NCBI RefSeq assembly: GCF_018977255.1 | Contig: NW_024704743.1 | Coordinates: 60,514,001 to 60,578,000, forward strand | Origin: Callorhinchus milii | Lineage: Eukaryota | DNA length: 64,000 nucleotides | Reading direction: 5' to 3' | Shown: piece after piece, positions 1-13,368 of the stretch | How positions within the stretch are numbered: the stretch's first letter is position 1 | How the letters are laid out: every line of letters starts with the position of its first letter | Translations under genes and position numbers: made by a program | The notes under the pieces: generated by a model | The model's input: only the letters and a program-made list of their open reading frames with translations | The model's database searches: none | What the model was told of the DNA's origin: nothing

Positions 1-299
1 CTGAAAGTGCAAACGTCTTGGACATGCTACTCTAGCAATATAAAATGGCTAACCAGCGTTAGGCGGTCATAAGTGAGCACAAAAAGGAAACAAGAGAAAA
101 AAAGTTAGATAAACAAAGACTGCCAGTCCCATCCATTAGTGCCAGCGTGGGCAGTGCTCACAGGGCTGAGTTTCTCACAGCTCAGCACCCTTGAGATCTT
201 ACTGCTCTTATGCCGTATGTGCACAATAAGGCTCATGGTTGGGAAACAAATATTGTAAGATTATTTAGATTATGTTCAAGGGATTTCTTTTCAGTATTT

Positions 300-400
300 T
301 CTTTTGGTCAGTTGAGTGACTGACACATGCAGAAAACCATCACCATGCTTAAGAATATTGAGTCTTAGCATGGAAAGCATGGATTTAAGCAATGGGATCA
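300..400 (-). repeat. Unclassified interspersed repeat (family X), 3' end fragment
   Basis: ttttggtcagttgagtgactgacacatgcagaaaccatcaccatgcttaaga matches the shared terminus of other family X copies (e.g. 21010, 35070). Confidence 0.6.
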
Positions 401-2183
401 TAACATACGTAGGAGTCAAAAAATGTCTTGCAATTCCAGAGAAGCTGAAAGGTCTGTTAGATTGGAAGCTTTTACATACAACAGTAGAGGGTAATGCACG
501 GCTGGGTGAGCTACAGTTCAAGAATAAATACGAGTGTCTGGGAATAACTCAGACTGTCTCACTTCATATAATCTTTAGTGTACATGAAAGTTTAAAGAAT
601 GCTTTATGGTCAAATTACCTTTAGCACCTGATCCAGTCTACTACAGATGGTGCAAACATTTTTGTAATTTGATCTTAAGGTCTGAGAAGTCTCAAACGTT
701 GTGTTTAGAGTTTTCTTTTGTTCCAGCTTGTTCTTTTGATGTTTTTCATGTTGTTGTATGGTTTTGCGTTCTGATCATTTTTCTTAATAAATATCGCAAA
801 TAAAATTGATCACTCAATCCATGCCTGGGACATTACTGTGCACAAAACTGGCTGCTGTGATTCACCCACAAAAATACACAAGTCATTCCACTTTACACTT
901 TACTGCTGCAGTGCCTACCAGCAATGAATTCTACTCTATCTTTATGTCAGGATCTGGTTTATTTCAGCTGTCAGCCAACTCAGCAGCTTTTAAGAATCCC
1001 AAGTTCAGCCTTAATCCTTTTCTAGTTGTATATATATTCTTCAGGAAGTTTCTGTACTTTTATATTTTCTATTCGCTTTGTCGTTGCCATCTACCAAAAA
1101 CTGTCTCCCTGCCTTCAAAATCTACTAAAAATATATCTCTTTGACCACGTCTTTGGTGAATTTCTTTGAATTTCATTTCTTTGGCACGGGGGAAGACTTG
1201 TGTGGAGTAAAAGCACTAATGTTGTTGATTTTGAAAATAAATTTTCATTCAGTTCAAAACGGGTCAGTTCATTGACTTCCAATAAGCGCCAATGCATTTG
1301 GGAATGTGTTATGTCAGTCATTGCTTTGGGTGTCGGACCCGTGACCGAGGCTGCTTTCCTTGGGCAGGTCTGATCCCTATCAGGTTGTGGGATTTGTGTT
1401 AATCCAGGCACTGCTGGATTTCGACATTAAAAATAAATTTGCGGAGATCTCATCAGTATAATAAGAACAATGCTTATATTTGATTGTGCCTTTCACATTG
1501 GGAGGACATCTGAAAACACTTCAGCAGGGTTTTGCTCTGATGTTTCAAGCACGCTGCTTGTTGCTGCATTTCTATATATTCTGAGAAACTGCATTTGGTT
1601 TCTTTTTTGGAGGGTAGGTTGGGGAAAGGGACAACATTTTACGCGAAGGGACATATAAAAGTGTGTTCCGTCTATAAATAAATTCTCATTCAGATTGAAA
1701 CAAATTGATTTCAATTCTCATTCAGTTCATTAATTTCCAGTGAAGAATTTGAGAATTGTTTCAGTCTGTAATGTATTGACCGTGCATTTGGTCATCTTTC
1801 CCCCAGACCCAGTTCAGGCTCTCAGTCAGCATTGTGAAACACTTTGAGACATCCTCCTGACTTGAAGGAGGATCGCTTTTGGTGAGCGTGAAATATTCTA
1901 ATTTGTGTTATAGGTATTTCTTAATGCAAGAACAATTCTCTTCTACCTGGGAGAGCTCAACTCTGAGAGTAGATGGTGTTACAGTAGAGTTCCTGTGTGC
2001 TGAGATTACTCATCAAGAAATCTTATTAAGAAATACCATAAATAGAACATAATAATGTCCATATCTTTAAAGGATGTTTTTTGCATTATATTACTGTGCA
2101 TTTCATTATTTCTTTAATGTAATATACTGCCTTATATGTAACTGCATTCAGTAATGCCTGTCATTTCAACCATTAGTCCTGGT

Positions 2184-2545
2184 GGAGTCTTGTAACGTAT
2201 TGGTTAGAGCACTCACCTCGCAAGCAAGAGGATCTGGGTTCAATTCCTGGGCAGGGTGAAAACTTGGGCAAGTTTCCTTACTCCACACACCTCTGTTTAT
2301 CAAGCAGTAAGTAGGAATCTGGTTGTTAATCAATTGCCAGATCACGTTCCAGGAATAATAATCTGTTTAAAAAAATACTACAAATTTGGTCACTCAATCC
2401 ACAAACATTTGTAGGACAATGGTGTGCAATTGGCTGCCTCATTTCACCCACAAAATATACAGTCAATTCACTTTACAGTATAATTTGTGAAGTGCTTTGA
2501 GAAGTCTCAATGACATAATATATCCAGTGCAAGGATTATAATTAT
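2184..2545 (+). mobile_element. tRNA-Ala-derived SINE, long older form
   Basis: tRNA-like head with B box ggttcaattcc, cttgggcaagtttccttac body, ~60 bp extra internal segment, tail ending tgcaaggattata. Confidence 0.85.
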
Positions 2546-3009
2546 TGTAATTTGTTTTCTCATTTTCGGTTATTTTAACTGTAGCTGCCCCCCTCCACAT
2601 GCATATGTCTCCGACATTAAATTGGTCATTAACTTCATGGCTGCTCGCTGCGTGCAAATTAGCTGTCATGCCTTTCCTACAAATCCAGTTACTAAACTTG
2701 ACAGTAAAATCCTGTGTGGCACTTTGAGATGCTGCAACGACTTTGATATTTTTGCCCCCTCCTTCTCCATCTTCAAGTCTTCAATTCGCACCTGAAGATC
2801 TTCCTCTCCGACCGTGCCAATGGTCACCTACCCCCGGCTCGGCATTGTGCTCCGCCATTGTCAAGCGCTCTGGGACATGACCATGTTTGTCGTTGTTGTT
2901 GATAAGGTGCTAGTTCAAATGCAAGCATTATTTCACTTGACATCGAGAGGAAGTGAAAATAATAATAATAATAATCATAGGAAGGAATTACAGTGTGCAG
3001 AGCTCTTAC

Positions 3010-3262
3010 AAAAAGACTGTTTAGCAGACGGACTGAACTGGTGGGGGATTTCTCCAGATAGTTGCCTCTGTTTCTGGTCTGACTTGCTTATTAAGGAATG
3101 AAGGAATTTGTACTTGCTAAGCAGATGGCCTTTGGTCGATGAACCGACGCTGATAAAACTGGGACTAAGGAAATGTTTTCTTTTTCGTTCTCCTATCGGA
3201 TTCTGTTTAGCTTCCTGGATGAAGTCTTCGGCCTCCAGCCATAGGAACCACATTGCAAGCAA
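3010..3262 (-). CDS. Candidate coding exon, unidentified gene (LLAMWFLWLEAEDFIQEAKQNP...)
   Basis: Non-repeat, CpG-retaining; acceptor tctctgtaaatccacag immediately precedes an open frame; donor uncertain (GTAAGA after 3010 is one option). Confidence 0.3.
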
Positions 3263-4094
3263 CTGTGGATTTACAGAGAATCACAAAGCATTTAAAACAC
3301 CAAAACAAACCATTCAGCCCAGCTAGTCCATGCTGTGTTTGTTTGTATTCTACATGAACTCCCCCCACCCCCACCTTCTCATTCGCTCTCCCTCTCCTAT
3401 TACCCCTCTATTCAACAACAATAACAACTTGCATTTATATAGCGCCCTTCACGTGGAATAGCCTTCGTTTTCTCTCTCATGTATACGACATGTCAAGCGA
3501 CTGCCAGGCAGGTCGAAGCTGATCTAGATGGACCTTGGTCTTCTTTTGCCTAGCAAATTCTTATATTCTTATGTTGTTATGTATACATAAAAGCATGGAG
3601 ACTCAGCCAAGTAGGAGAAGGATTAATCAAATCCACATTGTCAGTAAGTAGTGTTTAATTTTCCCAATTATTGGAAAGTTTCAGTTCAAAAGAAGTTAAT
3701 GCTGATTATCTCAAAGATTTATAACAATATCTATTTTCATCTTAAGATGAGCCCTGGGGTGTTTCCATTGAACCAACAACAACCACATTAGAGTCTGGCT
3801 CTTCTCCCCCCACTCATTACCTGTAACCTCTGCCCAACACACGATGAATTGTCCTGTTCTGTCAGACTTATTATTTTTATTTTGAACAATAATTGTGCTG
3901 ATTTGTTTACCAGTTTTTGAGCCCAATTCTTGGCAATGAATTGTTATTACTACTTAGATTTGACAGAAGATCAATTATCCAATAATAACAATCCTTGCAT
4001 TTGATATAGCACCTTATCACGTCATTGAGACTTCTCAAAGCGCTTCACAGGATACACTGTAAAGGGCAGTGCACCCACAGCAATGTCAGTACAG

Positions 4095-4207
4095 GGCAGT
4101 ACACGCCCAGCACTGCACTGGAGTGTCAATGTGGATTATGAGTTCAACCTCCAGAACCCATGACCTTCTAACTCAGAGGTGAGAGTGCCACCAACTGAGC
4201 CAGGCTG
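4095..4207 (-). mobile_element. Deu-domain SINE (SacSINE1-like) 5' fragment
   Basis: Reverse strand reads gcctggctcagttggtggcactctcacctctgagttagaaggtcatgggtt...gacactccagtgcagtgctg. Confidence 0.7.
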
Positions 4208-4999
4208 ATACATAGGTAAAACTGTACCACTGCCTTAATCTACCAGCCACTAGAGTGCCGTGCAGGAAATTATCAGTACAGGATCATTACTACAATTAAA
4301 CTGCAGCGACTTGGGACGTCCTCCCGACATGAAAGGCGTTATACAAATGTAATTTGTTGTGGTTGTTGTAGCACCCTAATGCATACTCTGGGGTCTCCAG
4401 GCTGTGCCTTTTGTGTTGACATAGTACTTTGGCATAATACTTTTCGGAATTGAATAAGCAGGGTTTGATTGGGATTGAGAAAGTAAATCCAGAACAATAC
4501 TTTCAGAAAGGCCAAGACAGTAGAACAAGATAGTACCGGTTCAAGATTGCAAAGGACAATTTCAGCTCAACTAGAACGGGTTATCAGGAAGGGTGGATGA
4601 AGCGAGGATGCGGGATTTAAGAAACAGCTTGATGCTGTGATGGGATCAGGCAGGGTGGATATTCTGATGAATGTGATCAAATGGACCAAAGGAAATAAAG
4701 AGATGTATAAAATAAAGCTACTTATTGCAGCAGACACACTGGGAAGCTTGCTTATATAAAGTTCATGGGCAACTGGTTCTCTACTCACACTGAATCATAT
4801 TATCAATGAATATAAATGTGACTGAAGTTTTTTGAAGCTATGAATTATAAGTATTATTGAGAATGATGTTCATTAGCCTTGAATAGTGAATAGGTATAAT
4901 AAAGTGAAGTAAGTATAACTATTATCACTATTATAACAACCACAGGGGACCCATACTATGTCAACAGGAAACCCGGAAAAGATTGACAGGGGAGAAGAA

Positions 5000-5240
5000 A
5001 ACAATTACATTTGTATAGCGCCTTTCACATCGGGAGGACATCCCAAGGTGCTGGACAATCAGGGGTTTGGACCCGAGCTAGGGGTTGGGGTATCATGGAT
5101 GTAGGGAGGGTAGGGATAGGAGAGTGATGGACGGTGCGGCAGAAGAGGAGGGTCTAGAGATGGGCCTTGAAGGAGGCAAGGGACTGTGGAATGGAGTTTA
5201 AAGGGTGAGGGGAAAGAAGCTGAAGGCCCGACCCAACTCA
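5000..5240 (-). mobile_element. L2 LINE 3' end fragment
   Basis: aattacatttgtatagcgcctttcacatcgggaggacatcccaagg is the reverse complement of the L2 terminal hairpin. Confidence 0.8.
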
Positions 5241-5474
5241 AACAATAGAATAAACTAATTATAAAGCTATTTAATGTGCATAATTCATTGTCCGGAGAAA
5301 CACGATTTCACCCATAAACCTACTAAAAAGCGAAGGCAGAATAGTACAGGATTCTGAAAGAGCTTGAAAATAAAATAAAGCTGATCAAACATTTCTTGCC
5401 ATACTTTGTACACTTCTAAAATTGTCAGTTAACATTAATGTTATTAATTCTTATCATTTAATAAGTACTGTATT

Positions 5475-5718
5475 TGATATATCATGCTGTTGAGATATCT
5501 CAATGTGCTTTGCAGGATTTCATTGTAAAAATTGACTGCATTTTTTGTAGGTGAAGGAGCAGCCAACTTGCACTTAGCAATGTCCCGCAAACGGTCACAA
5601 AGTGAATGACTTATTTTATTTGGGGGATTGTTTGCCAGGGCAGCTAGAGAACCTCCCTTCTCCTTTGAAATGGTGTCATGGGATCCTTAACATTCACCTG
5701 AACAGGTAGACGGGACCT
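5475..5718 (-). mobile_element. Deu-domain SINE, diverged
   Basis: gtcatgggatccttaacattcacctgaacagg is the reverse of the Deu motif caggtggacgtaaaagatcccatggcac. Confidence 0.6.
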
Positions 5719-6440
5719 GGTTATTTTTTAATTCACACTTGATTCAAAATGTATTCTAAGACCTTATTGTATAAAAAGGGAAAAACATAATGTTTCATTT
5801 CCTGCAACAAATTTCTTTTAAATTAATTAGAAATGCTTTATTGAAATTGATTTTACTAAAAGAGTGCAACTAGCAGATTAGACTGAGTCCTAACCTTTCA
5901 TTCGATAATGTGGGCAAAAGCAAATAGACAGATTTTAATCTAAAACATCTGAAATTGAAACTTCTTTTATTTCAAATCCCAACCATTTGTACTGCCAACT
6001 CACTAATCCAAAATGCCACGTATGTCTCTCAGAATCATATTTCAACTCATATGAACCAAGGAACATAAGCCCAGTTTCTTTTGTATTTGTATTTCACAAT
6101 ATTTCAGTTTTTTTTTAAAACTCTGACCTGCTTTAGAAAAAAACGGGCGCAAAATACAGTGCCATCGTGCAAGGATTTAACAGTCACTACATTGAACATG
6201 TTGAATGCTTTAACATTAATTTAGTTCACACAGCAAGGAAATCCATTTGCATTGCATTTGGTTTAGTTTTGGTTTTTCATCCCCCTGACCAACTTACTGA
6301 TTTATATTCCTTCTATGTTGGGTTATGTCAAGCCTTTACCCGTGTGGGTTTTGTGGCTCTGTTTTTATATACAGAAAGATGTCTCAAAACGCTTCATAGA
6401 ACATACTGTATTGCAAAGTAGATTCCTGTAGTATATCATA

Positions 6441-6835
6441 GAGTCCTGCAGGTTAATGGTTAGAGCGCTCGCCTTGTAAGCAAGGCCATGCCCTTTGCAT
6501 GGGTTTGATTCCCGGGCAGGGCAAAACGTTAGGGAAGTTTCCTTACACCACATGTCTCTGTTTATCTAGCAACAAGTAGGAACCTGGTTGTTAGTCGATC
6601 AATGGCTCACTTTATAATCGCTTCAAAAACACAATAAAATAAACCAAATAATAATCTGGTTACTCAATCCATGACTGTTTGTGGGACACTGCTGTATGCA
6701 ATTGGCTGCTGCATTTCGCCCCCAAAATACAATCAATTAACTTTGCAATATACTCTATGGTGCTTTTAAATGGTCTCGAAGATGTGATAAGGTGCAATAT
6801 CAAATGCAACGATTATTATTGTTATGTTATTATTT
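6441..6835 (+). mobile_element. tRNA-Ala SINE, long form
   Basis: gagtcctgcagg head, conserved body, (tta)n tail. Confidence 0.85.
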
Positions 6836-6844
6836 TGACTATGT

Positions 6845-7105
6845 ATTTTGTGGGTGAAATGCCAATTGAGCACAGCAGTGTCCCATAAACATTCGTGGTT
6901 TGAGTGATCACAATTTTTGGGGGAGGGTTTATTAGCTCTCGGAAAGTGAACCGCCAATCTACTAACAACCTGGGATCCTACTTAATGCTCGGTAAACAGG
7001 CATGTGGTGTAAGGAAACTTGCCTAAGGTTTAGCCCCACGCGGAAATTGAACCTGGGTCCTCCCCCTTGGGAGGTAAGCGTGCTAACCACTATGCTACGG
7101 GATCT
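6845..7105 (-). mobile_element. tRNA-Ala SINE, long form, lacking tail
   Basis: Reverse head at ~7040-7105; taaggaaacttgcctaagg body. Confidence 0.8.
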
Positions 7106-7889
7106 GCAATGCGGAGTGCATTAAATGAACTTGTATCTTCTAGTCAGAAAGACTTGCGTTAAAACCTGACTATCAGCTATGTAAATGCTAATTTTCATAT
7201 ATTTTCATATGATGGTTGTATTGCATATACAGACATTACACTTGACAAGATGGGCTACTTCCTATTAATATATGTTATTTTTGAAATGACAGGACATGTT
7301 TGCTAATAATTGACTGAATTAATTAAACTTTAAGGCACTGAATATCAAATATAACCTAAACTTGAATTGAAAGGTGCAATCTGTCATTATCACTTCCCAG
7401 GTGAGCATTAATAACAAGTGCAATGGTTTCCAATTAGTACTAAATCAGTGTAGAAATTAATACTACTAAGAAAATATCCACCTTTTTCATCATGATATCC
7501 TTAGCTGTTTAATTGTTCAGTCCAGACAATGCTGCCAGTATTGACTTTGTTAACTCGATTCCAGGTTTTGTGCGATCTGTACTTCTGTTTTGTTTAAATT
7601 GTATTTTGTTTCTTGTGTAATTAATGCAATGAATTGAAGCAAATTCAGCACAAATTATTTGACTCTTATGACCCCCATTTTACTCAATTGAAATTCACAT
7701 GGAGTAAAGTGTTTCCTCAAAGCACAGCACTGTGCTGAATTTATTTGCCATTTTACTTTAAAAGATGTGCAGATATAAAATTCCACCTAAATCTGAGTCT
7801 TTAAGAAAATATGGTTTTAAAATTTTGATTGCCCTTTGCAACTCTAAACCTATGTTCTATTGTTTTGGTATAACCTCAAATGTTGTTTA

Positions 7890-8080
7890 CTTGCCTCAGT
7901 CCCTCCACCTTACTGCCTCCTTGTCTGTCTTCAGATCACACCTGAAGACATTCCTCTTCAACTGTGCTGCGGTCACCTCCCCTTTCTCCCCGGCTCAGCA
8001 TCAACCTGTGCCATTATTAAGCCCTCCAAGACACTACCCTGTGTGAAGAACGCTGCATAAAAGCCAGTTGTTGTTTTTGT
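7890..8080 (+). mobile_element. Old L2 3' end fragment
   Basis: Encodes SLSVFRSHLKTFLF (L2 ORF C-terminus), ends in (gtt)n. Confidence 0.75.
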
Positions 8081-8413
8081 TGTTCTTGGTTTATTTTTCC
8101 AAACCCATTAGACCTCTATAAGGTGAGATGGCTTCACTCAGGACTGAGGAGCTTCTCTAACCCTTCACCTGAGCCATTATCTCTTGTTGTGGGTTCAGCT
8201 TTAATGCCGTCATCCCTGGGGAGACTTTCTCTGTGTTTGAGGATGCCCCTGGACAGAGCCACCTGGGCCACATCTGAGAAGCTTACCTTATGGATAGCTG
8301 GGCTCTCTCCTCTAAGCTTGATCCTCACACTCTCCATCTTTACCGTGATATAACCCATTAAAACCAGGGTGTATTTATACATATGCCAGAGATGCCCAAG
8401 CATCACTTAACAC

Positions 8414-8506
8414 CTCATTGTGCTTGCTGAACAAATGCCAGAGACTTGATGTGAAAATACTTTGACTGACTTCAGTAGAGCCATCAGATTTGGAACCTTG
8501 CCACAG
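8414..8506 (-). CDS. Candidate exon (LWQGSKSDGSTEVSQSIFTSSLWHLFSKHNE)
   Basis: Good acceptor ttttcttgtgttcag; weak donor GAG|GTGTTA gives a 93-nt phase 0-0 exon; stronger donor AAG|GTAAGC at 8287 gives a 220-nt exon with stops in all frames. Confidence 0.25.
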
Positions 8507-10689
8507 CTGAACACAAGAAAACTGAATATCCACCATTACTGTTTCAGTGCAACTAACACCAATTCCACATGTTCCAGGCCCTTTACAGCAGCTATGTTCC
8601 TCTATTAAGCACTCTGAGACGTTACTCTCCCTGAAAGTACTATAGAAGCGCAAGTTGTTGTTTTAGTTGTAATGAAATTTCAACTCATATATGAGCTGAG
8701 CTCTCTGTATCCATCTTCCCGTGTCTGAGAATATCACTTACAGCTTACTCAAGGAATGTTTTTATTTCAACTTAGTGCCATTTTTAAATTAGAGTTATGT
8801 TTGAATGTATTTTCTCCTCCTTTATGAAAATAAAGTGTTACCTTGGCTCAGTGGGAAGTACAGTCACTCTATTTCACAGAAAACTGCTTTGAGACATCCT
8901 TTTACAATGTGATAAGGTGATATATCAAATGCAGGGATTATTATTACTATAATTATAATAAAAGGAACGCTAGATCAGTGAAATTCTGATGGAGAAAGTT
9001 GTTTCCCAGCAAAATTAGCTACAAACTATTAATTTCAAGCTTCACAAGAAGGTTTCCTGTGAATGTCACAATCATAATGAAGCCCACAGCAGTGATGAAA
9101 GCCATGTAAGCATGCAAAGCACTGGTAGGTTTTGAAGGAATTAGGAATGAAATCTGAAAGTGGGAGAGATTCCACGTGGGTCTAAAATTGAGTATTGAGT
9201 CTATTACTATTTTTGAGTGAATTGCTAAATTCAGTCTTAATTTTGAATTCAGGAAAAGTTAATTTGCCAAATTCTAGACACTCTAAAAATAGATTAAATA
9301 GATTCAGGTCCAGGTGGAATTTGTCTCAGGAGTAGATTTATAATTATAATGTGAGCTCATGGGGAGTATAACTTATCATTGGGAGTGAAGGATTGCTCTT
9401 AAAAGAGCCAACACAGACATGATGGGCCAATGACCTCTGTGCCATACATTTCCCAGCACCTTGTGGCGTCCTCCTGACGTGAAAGGCGCTTTAGAAATGT
9501 AATTTTGTATTGTATTTCTATGGTGCTAATTTGTGATATTCAAAAACTGGAATCAATGTGTAACTTCTGTAACTTAATTTGTAACCTCTGGCTTGTGAAT
9601 ATTGGGAGTACTTTAGCTTGCAAGATTCACAAAATGGCGAATTCAGAATCCCCAAAGCTGATAAAGTCCAAAGAAAGGAAGAAGCTTCTGATATTTACGA
9701 AGCAAACTGGTAATTACATCATCAAATCCAGTCTACAAATATTGCAAATTAGACCTCAATGACAGATGTTCCATACAGCTATAGGTTTAGTGTCTTTTGT
9801 TGATAAGAATTTAGAATGGGAAATCTGCAATCAATGTCTGAGTGAAACAGTAACAATTTCAGGCAAGAGTAGAGTATTGATCCATGTAACCTACTTATTC
9901 AATTTCCCACATTTCCAGCAAAGGTCAACTGGACTGTGGTCAGGAGTGGGAATGCTGACTGATTTTTCCCTCTCTAACTCTATGGTACTGAAATTCATTG
10001 CAGGGTCACTGTCAATGCCATAACTAAAATGGACATCTAATAGGGGTATAATCTGGGACCTAATCTGATATATTAAGTGTATTTTAGAACAAATAGTTGT
10101 GGTTAGATTCAATAGTTAACAGACATGCATGCAATAGTTTGTTTCAGGTTTAAAGCTAATGTTATAAAGTCTCCTGCTCTATGGGGCTGGTTTGAGTTTT
10201 GAAGTACCACATAAAAGTGAAATGAGTAATTATCTAAGACACTGCACCCACTGCAAATTACATAGTAAAATAAAGTCTAAAATTATTTATTGTGAGTCAT
10301 AATACTATATTCTGCCCTGTGTTATATAATTACTTTCTCTAAAAATAGTAAGAGGTCTTATAGAAAGCTGTTGCCCTAAGTTATAACTAACTTTGACTAG
10401 GAATGATTCAGCTGAAATTCCGAAGCACAGTGACATCTCTGAATAAGAATTGCGTATTGAACATGGTAAAAGGGAATCATGTCACTTAGATTGGCAGAAC
10501 AAATAGTTGTGACAAATTATTTAAATTAGGCTTAGGTTTAATTTCTCTATGAAAATAACACTGCCCAAATATGCTATACTTCTTTCTCCTTTACATTACA
10601 CCTTGAGGATCATAATACCAACTCAAATGTTATGCTGATTATGTCTTTAACCAATTTCATGTAATAGTTCTTTGAAGTACTAAATAACG

Positions 10690-11235
10690 TTCGCTAAAGG
10701 TTGGTGGCTGGTGAGAGCTGAACTGGCTCCATGGTAACATGCCTGGTGACAGAATGTCGGAATTGAGCCCTCTGTATTGGTCTTAGTAGTCTGGTTCCTG
10801 AGCCAGGCAGGTCCACAGTATTCCAGGGCACTGCTGATGACAGCACAGCCAGTCTGGCTCATTGGCAGGACCTGGAAGGGCAGACCCTTCACTGGGGACA
10901 GAGAGTCATTCCACTCAGTTCCTTTCAACCCTGTTAGCAATATCACTGGCAAGCTGTGTGGTTTTAGCTGGTCAGACTCCAGCAGTACTCCAATCATATT
11001 CTGGGGTCCCCAAGCCTTGTCTCTTACCAACCTGTGCCTAATACTTTCTGGAATTATGTAAGCAGGATGTGTCCCTCCAGGGAGAGAGTGCGCATTCCAT
11101 TCCAACAATCTATGCCTGGGATTTACATGTGTAGGTGGGAAACATGGAAATCTCAGCTTGGTTTGGATACTCTTCAGCACTGTGATGGGTTTCCACATGT
11201 GTCAGACATCTGTCTGACCCCCACCCCCCAATAAA
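10690..11235 (+). repeat. Family X repeat, one of the longest copies
   Basis: Collinear homology to 32440-33240, 21010-21340, 35070-35420, 63835-64000; ends ...catgtgtcagacatctgtctgacc then aataaaa. Confidence 0.85.
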
Positions 11236-12477
11236 AGGTAGTTATATCATTAAATAATTCCCCATCTGAACACTGTTTTAATCACTTTGAAATTGTGTGC
11301 AAACATTGTGTACTATGAGATCTATTAAAACTAGTTTCTATATGTTTCTAACACCATGAAAAATGCATTTAAATAATGTCTTATGCCAAAGTGGACTCCT
11401 TAACTATTTAATGTCTTCCCAGGTCTCAAACTGCACAGATCTTTTATCTGCACCACCCTACATCAGCGAAAGACACTCTAAATCACCTAGAGATGCATTA
11501 TGAATTAGAATCTAAGAATATTAGAATAAAGTTTCAAAACAAATTATAGACTGGACCACAAATACTGACAGAGTCTTCAATGGGTTGGGGAGCATTTGTG
11601 GTTCTACCACATTGATAGAATTCACCAAGTTTTTCTTTCTGCTCATGTTGGTTCTGCAGTTGCTTATTATGACAAATATTCCTCTGTCTTTGATCTACTC
11701 CTCACATGGCTGGTGTGAAATGGCGTGGAGCTGATATTCTCATATTAACATGGAATTAATATTTGAACTACAAAAGAACAGTCGATCCTAATTGAGGCAG
11801 ACTGCAGGAGCTTCCTGTGCAACCTCTCATTAAATCCACAGGGGAAAGGGTGGGAGCAGCAGTGAGAGCACAGATTGGGGATTTAAGTGAAACGTGAGCT
11901 CAAATAAAACACAATAGTTGTGTCTCAAGAAGAGGACAAACAGTGAGATAGTAAATCTACATGTTGGGAGGGGAGGTAACAGTGGGGAACTATATAAGGG
12001 CTGTTAAGCAACCCTCTTCCCTCAAAAAGAGGTTGGGTGGTTAGTGCAGTTACTGGCACAGCCAGGAATGTCCCATCACAAACAAACAGCATCAGTTCCC
12101 TGATCCGTGCAGCTCCCGCAAAGGTATAACAACTGGAAGGTTTTACAGAACAAGTCTAATCTTATTGCAGTTTTTGTTAAACTCAAGCCATAACTAAACA
12201 TTAGAAGCAGCAGACATAATTGGCAGTGTATTGCTATCATTGTGGCCTCAAATTGCTAATTTATCAAATTATAGACTTGCAAGCAATTTATCCAATGAGG
12301 CAGCCTCTTTAAAGCTAGGGGTAGGAACCAGTGAAGAGAGAGGAATCTGGAATTCACAATAAAAGAACCTCCGATCAGTCTATATGCAAAGTTACTGCCA
12401 AGTCAAGAAGATTGTCTGAGCATAAAGCTGCTTGCCTGCTTCTTGGACTTTCTGTTATACTGTAGTTCTAACACACG

Positions 12478-12750
12478 TCATGTCATAGCAGCCAATTGCG
12501 CACAACAGTGTCCCACAAACAGTCGTGGATTGAGTGACAAACTTATTATTATTTTAAAAATTACTGAGGGGTTATTACCCTTTGGAAAGCGATCCACCAA
12601 TCGACTAACCACCTGTTTCCTTCTTACTCCTGGGTAAACAGTAGCATGTGGAATAAGGAAAATTGCCTAAGGTTTCACTCCGCCCGGAAAACAAACCCGG
12701 GTCCTCACGTTTGCGAGGTGAGTGCTCTAACCAATATGCTACAGGACTCC
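12478..12750 (-). mobile_element. tRNA-Ala SINE, long form
   Basis: Ends gctacaggactcc (reverse of head); contains long internal segment. Confidence 0.85.
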
Positions 12751-13053
12751 ACATTAGACAAAGGGTACAATTTATGAGCCCTTCAACATGAGCAGCAGTG
12801 TTTTATACTGAAAGCTAGAACTTAAAATTAATTTTACTTTAAAGATGTGTTGTTTGGTTGTTTTTATCCATCTACAGATGTACTTTCTGATATAATACTA
12901 TAAAATGTACACGTAGTTCATGGTATATCCTGTGAAACTCTTCCTGACATCTTGACGACGTGATATGGTGTTATATCAAATGCAAGGATTACTATTATTA
13001 TAAATTAAGATTGGTTACTGGAATATTTATTTTTGATTTTTTCACTCAGAAAG

Positions 13054-13368
13054 AATAATAATAATAATCCTTGCATTTGATATAGCGCTTTTCAAGGCTT
13101 CTAGATATCTCAAAGTGCTTCACAGAATATACTGTCAAGTGAATCGACCGTATATTTGTGGGTGAAATGTGACAGCCAAATTGCGCACAGCAGTGTCCCA
13201 CAAACAGTCATGGATTGAAAATGACCTATTTTTTTTTGTTTGTTTTGGAGGGATTATTATTAGGCCTGTGGAGTAAGGAAATTTGCCCAAGGTTTCACCC
13301 TGTCTGGAATTGAACCCAGGTGGCTCACTTGCAAGGTGAGTGTTCTATCCACTGAGCTACAGGACTCC
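13054..13368 (-). mobile_element. tRNA-Ala SINE, short form
   Basis: Full head-to-tail match with (aat)n tail. Confidence 0.9.

Noticed and set aside
960..1062. KYRNFLK...NLGFLKAAE RGS-like peptide on the minus strand
   Set aside because: Bounded by in-frame stops with no convincing splice sites
8134..8290. KVSF and GILK PP1-docking-like motifs in ORF 8134-8406
   Set aside because: KVSF coincides with an AAG|GTAAGC donor-like site and the ORF has no other support; likely chance
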